Source of the DNA: Euprymna scolopes | Lineage: Eukaryota | Reading direction: 5' to 3' (one strand) | Assembly: GCA_053919585.1 (NCBI GenBank) | Contig: CM132823.1 | DNA: 64,000 nt | Shown here: positions 49,999 to 62,071 of the stretch, in pieces | Layout of the letters: each line of letters begins with the position of its first letter | Numbering within the stretch: position 1 is the first letter of the stretch | Made by a program: the position numbers and the translations under genes | The notes under the pieces: model-generated | Told to the model about the DNA's origin: nothing | The model's database searches: none | What the model saw: only the letters and a program-made list of their open reading frames with translations

Positions 49999-51324
49999 CA
50001 GGGTGGCCGAAAAGTCCCAGGACGCTATACATGTATTTTTAATAAAACACAGTATTTTTTAATGAAACACAAAACATATACATTCAACAAAAAAAGAGAA
50101 CTTTATTAGAAACAAAGCAGAAAACAACTAGAGTAATTTAGTGGTCTAGGGGATCAGTATGTTGGCCCTCGTTGTTCTTGCACAATTCCATTCGCCTCCA
50201 GGTTCTTTGTGCCATTTTTTTTAGAGAATTCCTTGATACGCTAGCAAAAGCTGCAATAATCGCATGCTTTAGCTGATCAATGGTTTCGTATCTAATACCA
50301 GAAACTTGACCTTTAATTAAACCCCATAATGAGTTGTCTGGAGTGGTCAAGTCGGGGCTTCGTGGTTGCCAAGCAAAAGAATTTGATCCGCGCCCAATCC
50401 ATCGATCACGAAAATCTGCATTTAGCAGCGCTCTCACAGGAAGTGCATAATGTGCGGGTGCACCATCTTGCTGTAGCCATACACGATCCTTAATACCAAG
50501 TTCTATTAACTTGGGAATGAACCAGTTTCTAATCATGTTGGCATATGATTCCTGATTGACATTGCCATCAAAGAAATAAGGACCAATCAAATGTTCAGAT
50601 GTCAATGCAGCCCAAATCATGACATGTGGAGGATTATTTTCAACTTCTTCTTTGTAAAAGGGGTTTTCTTTAGCCCAGAAATATATGTTTCGACTTTTAG
50701 AACTTTTATAAATGGCGCATTCATCGCTGAATATTATCTTTCTGTGATTTCTTGGACCATCAGGAAAGCGTTTTAAAAATTTCTCACAGAATTTTTTTCT
50801 TCGATCCATATCTTCATCTGACAACTGATTTACCGAGATGGGCTTATAAGCTTTGACATCCAAGTCCTTTTTCATATGATCCATCATGGTAGCCCTTGGT
50901 ATTCCAAGTTCAGCAGAACGTTTTCTGGTGGATTTCTTGGGAGACTGTTGCAGTGATTCTTGAACACCAGCACACGTTTCCTTTCGTGTTTTAGGCCTGC
51001 CACTTCTTGCCTGATCCAGAACGCTACCTGTTTCAAAAACTTTCTTCTCCCACAGATACAGATTACTTCTTGATAGCACGGGCTTTCCAAATCTTTCTGT
51101 GAAAGCACTTCGAACATCTTCCATAGTCATGTCATTCCTGATGCGGTCGTGAACCCAAACAGCAGCAATTAAGCGCTCCTCAACAGTAAATACACTGATG
51201 TCAGTCATAACCTGAAAAAATAAATGAAATAAATTGTTTTAACAACATTAGAATATTAAAATCAATCATATTTAACAGCATTAAAATATTAAAAATAGTG
51301 TCCTGGGACTTTTCGGCCACCCTG
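49999..51324 (-). mobile_element. Tc1/mariner transposon, rosa (DD41D)-like, full length
   Basis: TIR cagggtggccgaaaagtcccaggac with TA TSD. Splits Gypsy RT at FCV|DFR. Confidence 0.95.
50138..51208 (-). CDS. DDxD transposase (DD42D by my count), intact 356 aa
   Basis: RSGRP, FSDE, QQDGAPAH, WQPRSPDLTTPD. Confidence 0.92.
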   Translation of the reverse strand: MTDISVFTVEERLIAAVWVHDRIRNDMTMEDVRSAFTERFGKPVLSRSNLYLWEKKVFETGSVLDQARSGRPKTRKETCAGVQESLQQSPKKSTRKRSAELGIPRATMMDHMKKDLDVKAYKPISVNQLSDEDMDRRKKFCEKFLKRFPDGPRNHRKIIFSDECAIYKSSKSRNIYFWAKENPFYKEEVENNPPHVMIWAALTSEHLIGPYFFDGNVNQESYANMIRNWFIPKLIELGIKDRVWLQQDGAPAHYALPVRALLNADFRDRWIGRGSNSFAWQPRSPDLTTPDNSLWGLIKGQVSGIRYETIDQLKHAIIAAFASVSRNSLKKMAQRTWRRMELCKNNEGQHTDPLDH

Positions 51325-53741
51325 TACACAGAATCGGTGCCCCCCATCCTTTTTCTCGACCACTACTATCGGGAAGCTCCAGGGAGAGCCTGACCTCTCT
51401 ATAACTCCTGTTTCCAGCGTTACATTTACCGCTTCTCTCACTAGTTTTCTCTTATGAAGCGGTGTTCTATAAGGCCTTAGTTTAATGGGCAGGTGTCCAC
51501 CCGTGTCTATCCCCACCTCTATGGTCCGGGTCTGTCCCAGCTCCTTATCTGTCATGGCTATCACATCCCTGTTGTCTCTCAGTAACTGCCTGATTTCGTA
51601 CCTATATCTATCCGGTACTACCCGTACCTTCTCCATCTGCCTCAGAGGGCGGGTGTAGGCTAACTTTTCTCCCTTCCCGATGGTCACGTTTGTATTCGTG
51701 GTGTTTGCCACCAGTACTGGGACTGTCTCGCATCCCTGAACCACGCCCTCGCTCAGTCACTCCCTCCTCGTTGTCTGTATACTTCTCGGTCGGGTCTATC
51801 TGAAACACCCTTCCTTCCAGTCCATCCGTGCCGTCCACCTTGCCCCCACAGGACATGACTGTCCGTGGGGGAAGACTCTCGTCTCCCTCGGCCTTCACCG
51901 GAAGAGGAGCGTATTCTGTGAACCCCCCCCCCCAGTGGGATCTCCACCCCTCCCACCGTCAAGGTGGCCGGGCTGAAACTCAGTGTAGCTCCCCTCACCC
52001 TGATCCAGTCTCCACCCAGAATCATCTCGCTACACAGTCTGGATACCACATAGAAGGGAAATCTCACCCTTTGTTTCGCTACTTGCACCGGCAGCCATAC
52101 CTTCCCCATCACTGACAGCCGACTACCGTCGGCCTGACTGACCTCTAGGTCCGACAGGTATAATTTTCTCCCTCCCGCGACCGCATCATAGATCCCGCGT
52201 CTATCAACAAGATCGATGCCCCAGTGTCGACTAGTGCCTCTACCCGGGTGGTCCCTACCACCACACTACAAGTAAATTCCTTGTCTTCCGTAAGCAGGGA
52301 CAGCACCTGCGCCTTCTTCCCTTCTCGCTCTGGGGCTTCCTCCCAGTGTTCTCCCACCGTGGACATTGGGGCTGGCAGCAGCAGTCCCCTCCTGGTCTCG
52401 TCCTCCCACTCTCCCCTGCACTGCAGCGCCTCTCTCGAGGCATTGGACAGTCTGGACTCCCTCTATACATCCCAGAGTTCTCCTCCCAGGCGTGACCGCC
52501 CCTCTGGTGGGAGCAGTCCTCCCTGTGACTGGTCCTCCCACCCAGGCGGCTCTCTCAGAACTGGCAGTTGGTGGCAAGGTGGTCATCCTTGTTGCATATC
52601 CAACCTGCGAGGGGTTTAGATTTTATGGGGGCCACCCTGCTCCTTACTACCCCTGGGGAGGTCTTAGGTGGGGTACCCCGGTCATGTGTTCTCAATCCCC
52701 ATCCCTGGTTTCCCGCCACACCACACCATTGAGCTTCGTGCCCAGACTGTCCACAACGGGTGCAGCCGGGACCGGCCAGGCGGGATGATCTCCCAAGACC
52801 GGTGGCCTTCGCCCCCACAGGTCCAGCACACAAATCCAGGCCGGCCCCGGGCGAATCCTCCGGACCCATCTCATTCTGTTCCCCAGTTCCCCGCTCCTAT
52901 TTCGCGACTTCTCCCCCATTATTCTTTTCTGCAACCACGCATAGTTCTTAGCTATTTTGCGTGCTTCCTCTTGCGTGTGCGGGCCACCCTTTAGCACCTC
53001 TATCTTGGTCGCTTCGTCCTGCAATGGATCCACCATCGTGTCAACTAGCATTGCTTGGGTTGTGGGCATATCGCAGTGTTTGGTCACTGGATCCGCCAGC
53101 ACCGCCAGTTCCTGCATGCGGTTGACCAGTCCATCCACATCCTCCCCGTCGGCCATCTCTATTCGAGACAGCTCGGGCACCGCCTGCACCGTGGTCTTTT
53201 CGCTGGCGAATTTCCTCTTCACTTGATCGCGAAAATCAGACCAGGCTATGTGTGGGTTACTTTCCAAGCATTTGCATATATATTCCGAGGCCGCCCCGGT
53301 CGCCCCGTCGCAGGCCAGCAGCACCATTTCCCTCTCTGTCAAACCATAAACTAATCTTTTCTTTTCTTTGATCGCCAACCACTCCTTAACTCTCCTCGGG
53401 TCTCCCCCATATGCGGGTATGCTAACCCCCCATAATGGCCGCTCCATGGTCATCTGCAGCTCAACAGTCTGCTCTGACCCCTCCCCCATCGATTGACCCG
53501 CCCCGAATCCCTCCTGAGAATGCATTGTCATTATTTTTTTTTTTTTTTTCCACCCAATAACAGGGCTACTCCTCACCCCCTACAAGGTTGAACAGCACCC
53601 CACACAAAACACAAACAGCCGCTGAAACCGAGCAAGGTATACAAAAGAGGGAACCAGCAAAAAAAAGAAAGGACACCCGGTCTGCTGCACCTGTTTTCTT
53701 CTGCAACTGGCGGATGGTTAACGAGCTGTCCAGACTGTATA

Positions 53742-55287
53742 CAGTGCGTTACTTGCTTTATTGCAGATCACATTTTCCTTGATAACTTTATTACTAAACG
53801 TAATTAACTGAAATTTTGTACAGCTATAGAAAACACATTGATAAGTTAGTCCATAAAATTTTATCCAAATATTCTTACTATTTCAAAAGTTATAACAATT
53901 TTTGAAACATATGAAATTTTTACTGTTTCTCACTTTATTGCAACGTATTGAAAATACAGTTTAAAGGTAATAAAAGTATGAATTTATTTGTTAATTTAAT
54001 TCAAATTAGTAACAGTAACAGATATATAACCATATAGAAATCAAATACAACCCACAAAGCGTGACATTTTAACGAAAAACGAATTATTTATCAACATAAT
54101 TTCCCTTCCTTGCAATCACCTTAAACAGTCTATTATCAACAGATGAGGTTAGTTTTTTTATTTGAGAAGGTGTTATGGTCCTAGACACTTCAAGAATTTT
54201 ATTCCAAAGGGCATCTTTTGATGTGAATTGCCGTCCTCCTTCATAAACCCCTCTTTTCAGAATTGACCAAAAGTTCTCTATTGTGTTCAGAGAACAAGGC
54301 GGCCAGGTCATGAGTTTCGTCTTTGATCCACAGAGACTCAAGGTAGGATTTGATAGCTTTTGCAGCGTGAGATGGAGCGTTATCGTGCATAAAAGTAAGG
54401 CGTCTACGACGAAGAAGTGGAAGATCATCCAGCCAAGGTGACAAATGCTCCTCCAAAAACTGGATGTATGTTTGGCTGGTAAGTTTAACGCCGTCAGGCA
54501 CTCTGAAGGGTCCTAAGAGTTCATCTCCAACGATTCCAGCCCAAAACATAACTCCTCCCCCTCCTTGTTGACGCCTGATACGATATGGCATAGGATCTCC
54601 CTTAGGACTCCAAACTTTAGCCCATCCATCTGGACCATCCAGCGTGGCTCTCGATTAAAACTTGTTGAAAGTCTGTTTTCATGTATTTTTGTGCCCAAGC
54701 TATGTGTTTTTTCATGTTGGTTTGGTTCAAAGGAGGTTTTGAAATGGGTTTTACGTTTCTTGCAATTTCGTTTAAAATACTACATCTTGTTTTTCTTGAC
54801 ATTGCAGCAACGCCAGCTTTTATAAAAATAGACTTGCTGGTGTCATTTGGGTCCTTATTGACTTCTTTGCTTATTTTTCGCATGTCACGAGGAGAAATGA
54901 CCTTTCTTTTGCCCTTATCCTTACGTGGTGAAATCTTTGGCTTCTCCACAAAGGATGCCACAGTTCTTTTATCTCTACCAAGTTCTTCTGATAACTGGAG
55001 AATTGTAAGACCCTCTGCAAGACCTGCGGTTATCCTGTTCTTCTCTGGTGCAGTCAATCGTCCATTTTTAGGCATTTTTAGAACTCCTGCAATAAAGCGA
55101 GAAACAGTAAAAATTTCATCTTTTTCAAAAATTGGTATAACTTTTGAACTAGTAAGAATATTTGGATAAAATTTTATAGACTAACCTTTCAAAGTGTGTT
55201 CAATGGCTGTACAAAATTTGAATTATGTTTAGTATTAAGAAAGTTATTAAATAAAATATGATCTGCAATAAAGCAAGTAACGCACTT
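53742..55287 (-). mobile_element. Tc1 (DD34E) transposon with frameshifted transposase (54084-55075)
   Basis: TIR cagtgcgttacttgctttattgcagatca with TA flanks. GGGGVMFWAGI, FMHDNAPSH and LNTIENFW are split across frames. Confidence 0.92.
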
Positions 55288-55363
55288 TATACTAGGTGAT
55301 AGATGTCCCAAGGATAGTGAATCTAACTGGGCTCTAACATGCTCTAATAGGGTTATCAATGAT

Positions 55364-55407
55364 TGACGTGACCCCCATCATTAACATTAATGATGGGGGT
55401 CACGTCA
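55364..55407. other. Second copy of the putative viral terminal hairpin
   Basis: tgacgtgacccccatcattaacattaatgatgggggtcacgtca, with one central mismatch. Confidence 0.8.
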
Positions 55408-55858
55408 TCTGTTTTTTTTTTACCTGATAATTTTTAAATAAAATAGAATTGCATTGCATGGGTCCGAGCCCTGATGCGGGTAGTGCCACGGCCTAATATC
55501 ATAGTCATTGCTTAATATAGTTTTTAGCTGTGACCTAATTACTTGACCTACTTTTGTAATTTTCAATCGTCGCTGACGCTGATTCGATGATGGTTCGTTT
55601 GAATTTCTTTAACGATCCCATGTCTGATGGTTGATCTGAAAGAGAATATCGAACATGCGAAATAATATTGAATCATGCGAAATAATATTGAACCATGCCA
55701 ATGTCATATCAGTTCAAGATGCAGTATTATAAGAACGATTTGAGTTTAGTGTATATATATAGTTTATTTACAATATGTACATCATCGTCAGTGTGTTTTA
55801 GGAAATATTTACAAAAGTCCATAGAATCATTGATCAGTGTCATTGATCGTATAGTTTA

Positions 55859-57845
55859 TCAATCGGAGTCACTGAGCACTTCCTCACATTCTAAAAATAG
55901 CTGTGACGTCAGCCCTCGTCCGGTGATCTGTCGTAGGTACAGTGCTAATGTGTAGTTTATGATTTTTTTTTTTTTTTTTTTTTTTTTGGGGGGTCACGAA
56001 GATGTCGTCGTCAGGCTCCTCAGTCTCTGACTCACTGAGCACTATCACACCGGAGACCGGTGTGTCCTCGACGAGTGTGTCCTGTGAGAAGCTCGGCGCC
56101 GCGGGGCTGGGTTGGTTTATTCTTGTTGGGCACCTGTGTGCTTTGCAGCCGTGCGTTTTGCAGTATTGTGTTGGTTGGTTTTCGTCTATTTCGCAGGGCT
56201 GTACCATCCAGTCTTCTACGTCGGAGTCGTCGGAGATGCGCACGTTTTCTACTTCTTCTCCGGCCATAAGGTCCTGGAATAATTGTCTGCGTGCCTTGCA
56301 GTACCCTGCTTGTTTGTCTGGCGACAACCCTTCCACTGCCTGCACAGTGAAGTGTGTCGATGCCGCGGGTTCCTCTATGTCCTCCTCCTCTTGGAACTGG
56401 TATGTTTGGTTTGTGTAGTCCATGACGTATTGTCTCCATACGGTCAACCACATCGTCGGATTCAATTCACGGACTCCCCAACCTTTTAGTGCCGGCATCG
56501 GTCGTTTTGTTTCGTATAGGAACATTCGGTTGTGCATTGCCGTTCGTTCCTGGGGTACGTGCCGCCATGGATCGTCGTTGGAAGTCGAGAGACACAGTGT
56601 TCTTTCGAGGTAGCGTTCTGCCTGGTGTTTGACGTTCACCGCAGTTGTCGTCCCTTCCAGGATGCATTTTCCTTCCTCTACATTTTGTTGGGTAAACCAC
56701 ATTTCGTCAGTGTATATTAATGTTTTGTCTACGCATGATCCGAACGTGAAGTTGTCGGATGCTTGGCAGCGCATCCTGCCGCAGTTCATGAGGCCGTTCC
56801 TGACCGATCTAAGCACGTACGATTTGCCCGAGTTACTGGGTCCCGTTATGTGGAACCCGTTCTTTTTCGCCCGTATCATGTGGCAAACCTCGAACAAGTT
56901 TCTGCCGAACTCTACTGGGTCGAAATTGTGATACTGCGACCATGCGTCGTAAATGTCTAACGACTTTTGGACGGTCCAATACCTGTTTCCGTCCATGCTG
57001 AAGAGGTCCTTTTTCTGTCTTATTTGTTCGAAGATTGGTGTCACCTTCGTTTGTATTTGTAAGTCGCTAGCTGCCGCCTGCATAATGGGTTGTATGTTTT
57101 GCGTGTTAGTGAAGATGTGGTCCCACGTTTCACGCACTTTCGCACTGGCAGATTGTTTGCAGTAGAGCATGACTTTAGCCATGTCCGTACTGTTACATTT
57201 TCGCATGATCTCGAGGATAAACTTGTATTTCTGTCCTCTGAGGGTCGATTTTCCAGTCAGGCCTGTGTCTACTGTTGGTTCCTCTGGTGTCTTTAATGGC
57301 TTGTCGCAGATTCTTCTGTAAGTGGCGAGTTGCCCGGGCGTCTCCAGGTGTCCTGCAGCTACCACTGAGCGTTTTGCCGGGTCCATCGTCAGGTAACTGC
57401 AGAGACCGTACGGGTTGTAGATCTTTTGGCAGGAGATTTGGTAAGGGTTGATTTGCCGTTCGCTTTGTAGTTTCTTCATTTGCACGTAAGTGTGCTCACA
57501 TGTCGGGTGGTTGTGGTGCCACGTGATCATGTGGAAATGGTCTACGTCTGCGCAGTGTTTTAAGCTGCTTGGTCCTGCTACGTGATATACGACTATGTAG
57601 GGACGCTGGTCGAGAATTCTGGCGAAGTAACCGTGGGTGGCGTTAGATGGCTGTAAGGTTATGGAATCCTGGTATGGTTTGGTTTCTGTAGATCCTGGAC
57701 TTAGTTTGAATTCTCCCTCGGTTTCCCAACGGTAGATCCAGGTGTAGGGACGGATCTGTTTGCCGTTGACAGTTTCTCCGTTCACCAGGTCGTTGAATTT
57801 TTGTTGTTCCTCTCTTTGGGTGCCGCTGCTGGTCGAGCCTTCCAT
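55859..57845 (-). CDS. NS1: Endogenous parvovirus NS1, copy 3 (near intact; 1-nt frameshift in an A25 run)
   Basis: All NS1 motifs present and no internal stops. With 24 instead of 25 A the frame would end ...INYTLALYLRQITGRGLTSQLFLECEEVLSDSD*. TATA at 57891-57897. Confidence 0.9.
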
Positions 57846-57924
57846 CCTGACGGTCTGGAGCGAGTGCCTGAACTCTGGTAGATGTGCGTCTTTTATAGCG
57901 CGTTAATGTGTCGTAAGAAATTAG

Positions 57925-58587
57925 TTTGTCGCACCCTAGCTGTAATTGGCAACAAATGGAAATACTGCTGCATAAAACTGCTTACCTCTTGCAATTCAGA
58001 TTTCATTGACTCAGTAATATTAGATAATTCTACTTGTAACTCTCGTAGATTTCTCGTTAGCCAATTTATATTTACTCGGTTTTTGGCTAATTCCATTCTC
58101 GTGACATTTAATATCGATACGCTCTCTCTAGCCACCTGAGCTAAAGTTTTCTGATTCCTTTCCACATCAAGCAACTTTCGCCTGATAATTTTCACATCAT
58201 CCTCGGATACTGTGCCGAACAACACACTTAACGCTTTTCCCACTATACGAATTACTGCCCTCTTTGGTCTAGCTTGTAACAGCCCAATGTCTTTTAGATA
58301 CAAATTCATCTCCTTCCATTGATATTCCATAACCCTAGTTTCTTGCCCTAAGGAAAATAATAGCTTCATGTACCCTTCCTCCTGTACATAGTTACTGGCT
58401 ACATCTCATCTTTTAACCCGTCCAACAGCATTCTGTAAGGTTTAAGGTCCACCACTAAGGTAATTAGCCACTTCGACCTGGCAATTATGACTTCACTAAC
58501 TTTCTTAAAGATAGTATTTCGTTCATTCCTCTACGCATTTGCCGAGCAAATCGCAATCACAATCATCAGCAAAATTCTTCGGTCCAT
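57925..58587 (-). pseudogene. env: env (baculovirus F-like/errantivirus-type fusion protein), truncated
   Basis: Signal peptide MDRRILLMIVIAICSANA after a ttgcag acceptor, furin site RPKR, fusion peptide AVIRIVGKALSVLFGTVSEDD and a heptad region. Contains stops/frameshift and is cut off by the NS1 EVE. Confidence 0.8.
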
Positions 58588-59499
58588 TCCTGCAACGAGA
58601 TGCAAGAACAATTCATTCTTCATTTGTGTACACCTTTTTATTAAGTATTTATCTTTCCCTAGCCGGCTAAAATTCTCTATAACACAGGTAATTTATTTTG
58701 AGACATAGTTAAGGACCAGATGAGATCCACCACACCCGAAGCAAAATGAATGGAGGGGCCCTTCTCCACCCACCAGCCTATCCGAGCATCGCCAACCCCA
58801 ACCGATCCAAGACGCGTCTACTTTGCAATACCTCACTCACTCAATCTAATCTTGGGGCTCAGCATTCTTGGCTCCCCTCAACCGATATTTAATGGGTATC
58901 TCCCCTGTTTCAGGGATCCCTTTTTCTTTCTGCCACCTCTCACAAAGTTGGGCAAGAGGTATCTCATCCTCTGACTCCCAATCACTTCCACTGGTTCTAT
59001 TTCCAGTATTTGACATCAGCGGCTGTTCATCGACTTCTCGATCTCCAGGCTTTATCATTTTATCTCCTAGTTCCGTTACTTCGAAGACTCGTGGGTCTTC
59101 TATCAGGTTATAATCACTTTCCTCGCCTGATTCTTCCTCCTCAGAATCTGCTAAAGTGACCCTTCTCCTTTTTCATCGTGTTGGCTTTAACTCTGGTCCT
59201 TCCCAAGTATCTATTCTAGCCAACTTTAACTCATTTGCATGGGCTTGTTTCACCTTCCCTGAAACTTGGTCCCATATCACAAACGTGACCGGTCCGGTCT
59301 GATCTACGATTCTATAATAAGGCTCCCATCTAGCACTCAATTTGCCCTGTCGCAGATTAACCTTATAATACACTGGGTTTCCAATTCCCAGCTTTACTTC
59401 CTCTCTTCCTTTATTAATTCTGGCATTATGCCTTTTCTGAGCACGGGCGATTCTTCGCCTCGCTTGCGCGAATATTCTATGCTGCTTCTCAATTATTAA

Positions 59500-62071
59500 C
59501 ACTAGTCAACACAATATTTTTGGCGGGCAAAGTAAGACTGGTTTCTGGGGTTTTCAAGGGCGCTGAATCCGAATCTGACATTAGTTTTTTTCAAATTGGC
59601 TCTAGTTTGTGAGATATCACAGGGGGGTCGTTTGTCTGAAATCACCCATTCGCGACCATAGCTAAACGTACAAAAAACGGCTAAATAGTGCATAAATGTC
59701 AGATATTGATTTTTATGATAATCTTAAACCACAAAGACAGTGTAAAATCTCAATCTAACAAGTTAAGTTAGATATAACATCATTTTATTTATCCTATAAC
59801 TGAACACTTTTCATAGATTTCGAGGATATACAAAAAATTTGCTAAAAATTTGCTGAATTTTAATTCTCCAAGTGAAAAAAAACATTTACATAATCAGTTA
59901 TATATCATAAATTAATGCAAAGCATTATACACTAGATTCTTAGTTACAATGAACACACAAAACAATATTTTATTCACAAAACTAAAATTGACGTTTATAC
60001 GATTTTCGCTTGTGGGCAACTTTTGGGCAGTCTCTCAAAAGGTTCCAGCAGTAGTCTGCCATCATGTGCTCATCCCATTTGCCTTGATACCTCCTTCCAT
60101 TGTTTTGATGTCTTGATGGAATCTCTCTCCCTGCTCCTCACTGTAATCACCAAGATTACCAGGAAATCTGCCGAGGTGGCTAAACAAGAAATGAACTTTA
60201 ATGCTCATATTTGCCCCTAGTTTTCCGTATGCAGTAAGCATCTTACGGACCAATTGCTTGTAATTGTCAGCTTTGTGATTTCCCAAAAAGTTTGTCACTA
60301 CATCTGTGAAGGACACCCAAGCATTTAACTCAACCGTGTTCATATGATTAGTGAAGTCAGAATCCCTCATGAGCATTCGAATCTGAGGTCCATCGAAGAT
60401 GCCACCTTTAGCTTTTTCGATGGAAAGACCTGGAAATTGCCTGCATATGTACTTGAAGCAATCCCCATCCTTGTTCAACGCCTTAACAAACTGCTTCATG
60501 AGCCCTAGTTTTATGTGCAATGGAGGGAAGATGATTCTATCCCTGGGTACCAAAGGCTCATTGATGACGTTGGCTGTGCCGACTTCGAGACTTTCTCGTT
60601 CTGGCCAGTTCTCCCTTCTCCAGTGCTGGATTCTTGCTCTGCTATCCCACAAACAAAGAAAGCAGGGATACTTTGTGTACCCACTTTGCTGACCAAGCAG
60701 AAAATTCACCATTTTCAAGTCCACACAAATCAGCCATTTATGAGTGTTGTAATTCAGCTTTTCAAGAACAAATTTGATAGCATCATACTCTTCTTTCATC
60801 TTGGTAGAATGGCCAATTGGTACAGGAGCAAACTTATTGCCATTGTGCAAAAGTACAATTTTTAGAGTTGCTTTCGAGCTATCTATGAAGAGACGCCAAT
60901 CTGCTGGGTTATATGATGAGATCCCCATGCAGTTAAGAAGTGCAGAAACGTCATTACAAAAGATCAGGTCGTTTTTAGAAAAGAAACGGAGCAAGCTGCC
61001 TTCCCTTGTCCTATAGTATGTTACTTTTGTGCCAGAATCAAGAATGTTTTTCTCTTGGAGTCGTGATGCAAGAACTTCAGACTGCTCCTTCGACAAACAA
61101 AGGTCTCGCACTAGGTCATTAAGTTCAGATTGATTGAAAAGCTGAGGGCCATTTGAGGGTTCTTCATAGTCACTACATCTATCATCACTTGATATTGAAA
61201 GATCAGCTGGAATCTCTTCGGTTTCATCGATTTCAGGCAAACTGGTGAAAACAGGCACAGGTAGATCCTCAGAGTGCGCAACAGGACGGATAGCAGAATC
61301 CAGGCTTGGATACTGCCAATTTGCTTTCTTGTGCTTGTTAAACCCCGTCATGTCATTGAGACAGAAGTAGCAGTCATCAAAATGATTGTTGGGCTCTCTC
61401 CACACCATTGGTACAGCAAACTTCAACTTCAGCTTACCGTTGGTCCAACCGCGGAGACTTTCTACACAGGTTTTGCACACCATATGTGGGGCCCAAGACT
61501 TGTCTTGGTCACCAAGTATCATATCGAAGTATGCTTTGTATGCCCTCTTGACAAAGTCTGTAATATTCCTCTTTTGTTGTGCCATCATATACTGTCCACA
61601 AATGTAACAAAAGACATCCGGTTCATATCTGCAACATCTTCTAGAAGAACTCATTTTCTCTCTGGAACTCATTTTCAACTGTGGAATTAAAAAGAAAATT
61701 CTTAATTACTGTTTAATTTATACTGCAACTATATTTATGGAACATGTTATTAAGTAATTACAGTATATAATTATATAAAAATTCTCCCTATATAAATAAT
61801 TATATAAAAATTCTCCCTGAAATACTTCAATATATACATAATCATTATAATGATTCAATAATATCAGAAAATTATTATTTACTGCTTCTATATTGAAGTA
61901 TTTCAGGGAGAATTTTAGCAGTTTAGGCTTATTTGGGGCTATCAGTATCTTCTAAACTAGAGCCAATCTGGCAAAACCAATGTTATATTCGTAATCAGCG
62001 ACCTTTAAAACCCCAGAAAACACTCCTAGATGGTCTGCCAAAGAAAAAAAATAAAAATTTGTTGACCAGTG
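59500..62071 (-). mobile_element. Chapaev3 (CMC superfamily) DNA transposon
   Basis: Termini cactagtcaac / gttgaccagtg with a 3-bp TSD taa. Splits the Gypsy integrase at GEDHHKL|IIEKQH. Confidence 0.88.
59980..61678 (-). CDS. Chapaev3 transposase with a C-terminal frameshift
   Basis: PDVFCYICG, FIDSSK, CVDLKMV...YPCFLCLWDSR, PPLHIKLGLMKQF, SEEQGERFHQDI. The expected RYQGKWDEHMMADYCW continues in another frame after ~60095. Confidence 0.85.

Larger units (their letters stand above)
49565..55363 (-). mobile_element. Gypsy LTR retrotransposon 1, degenerate gag-pro-RT, truncated, with two nested Tc1/mariner insertions
   Basis: gag 52692-53576 with knuckle CTRCGQSGHEAQWC, protease ALVDTGAS, RT SPWSFPIVVVEKKDGGHRFCV|DFRRLN, LDLRSGYWQ, YLDD. 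Many frameshifts. Confidence 0.9.
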
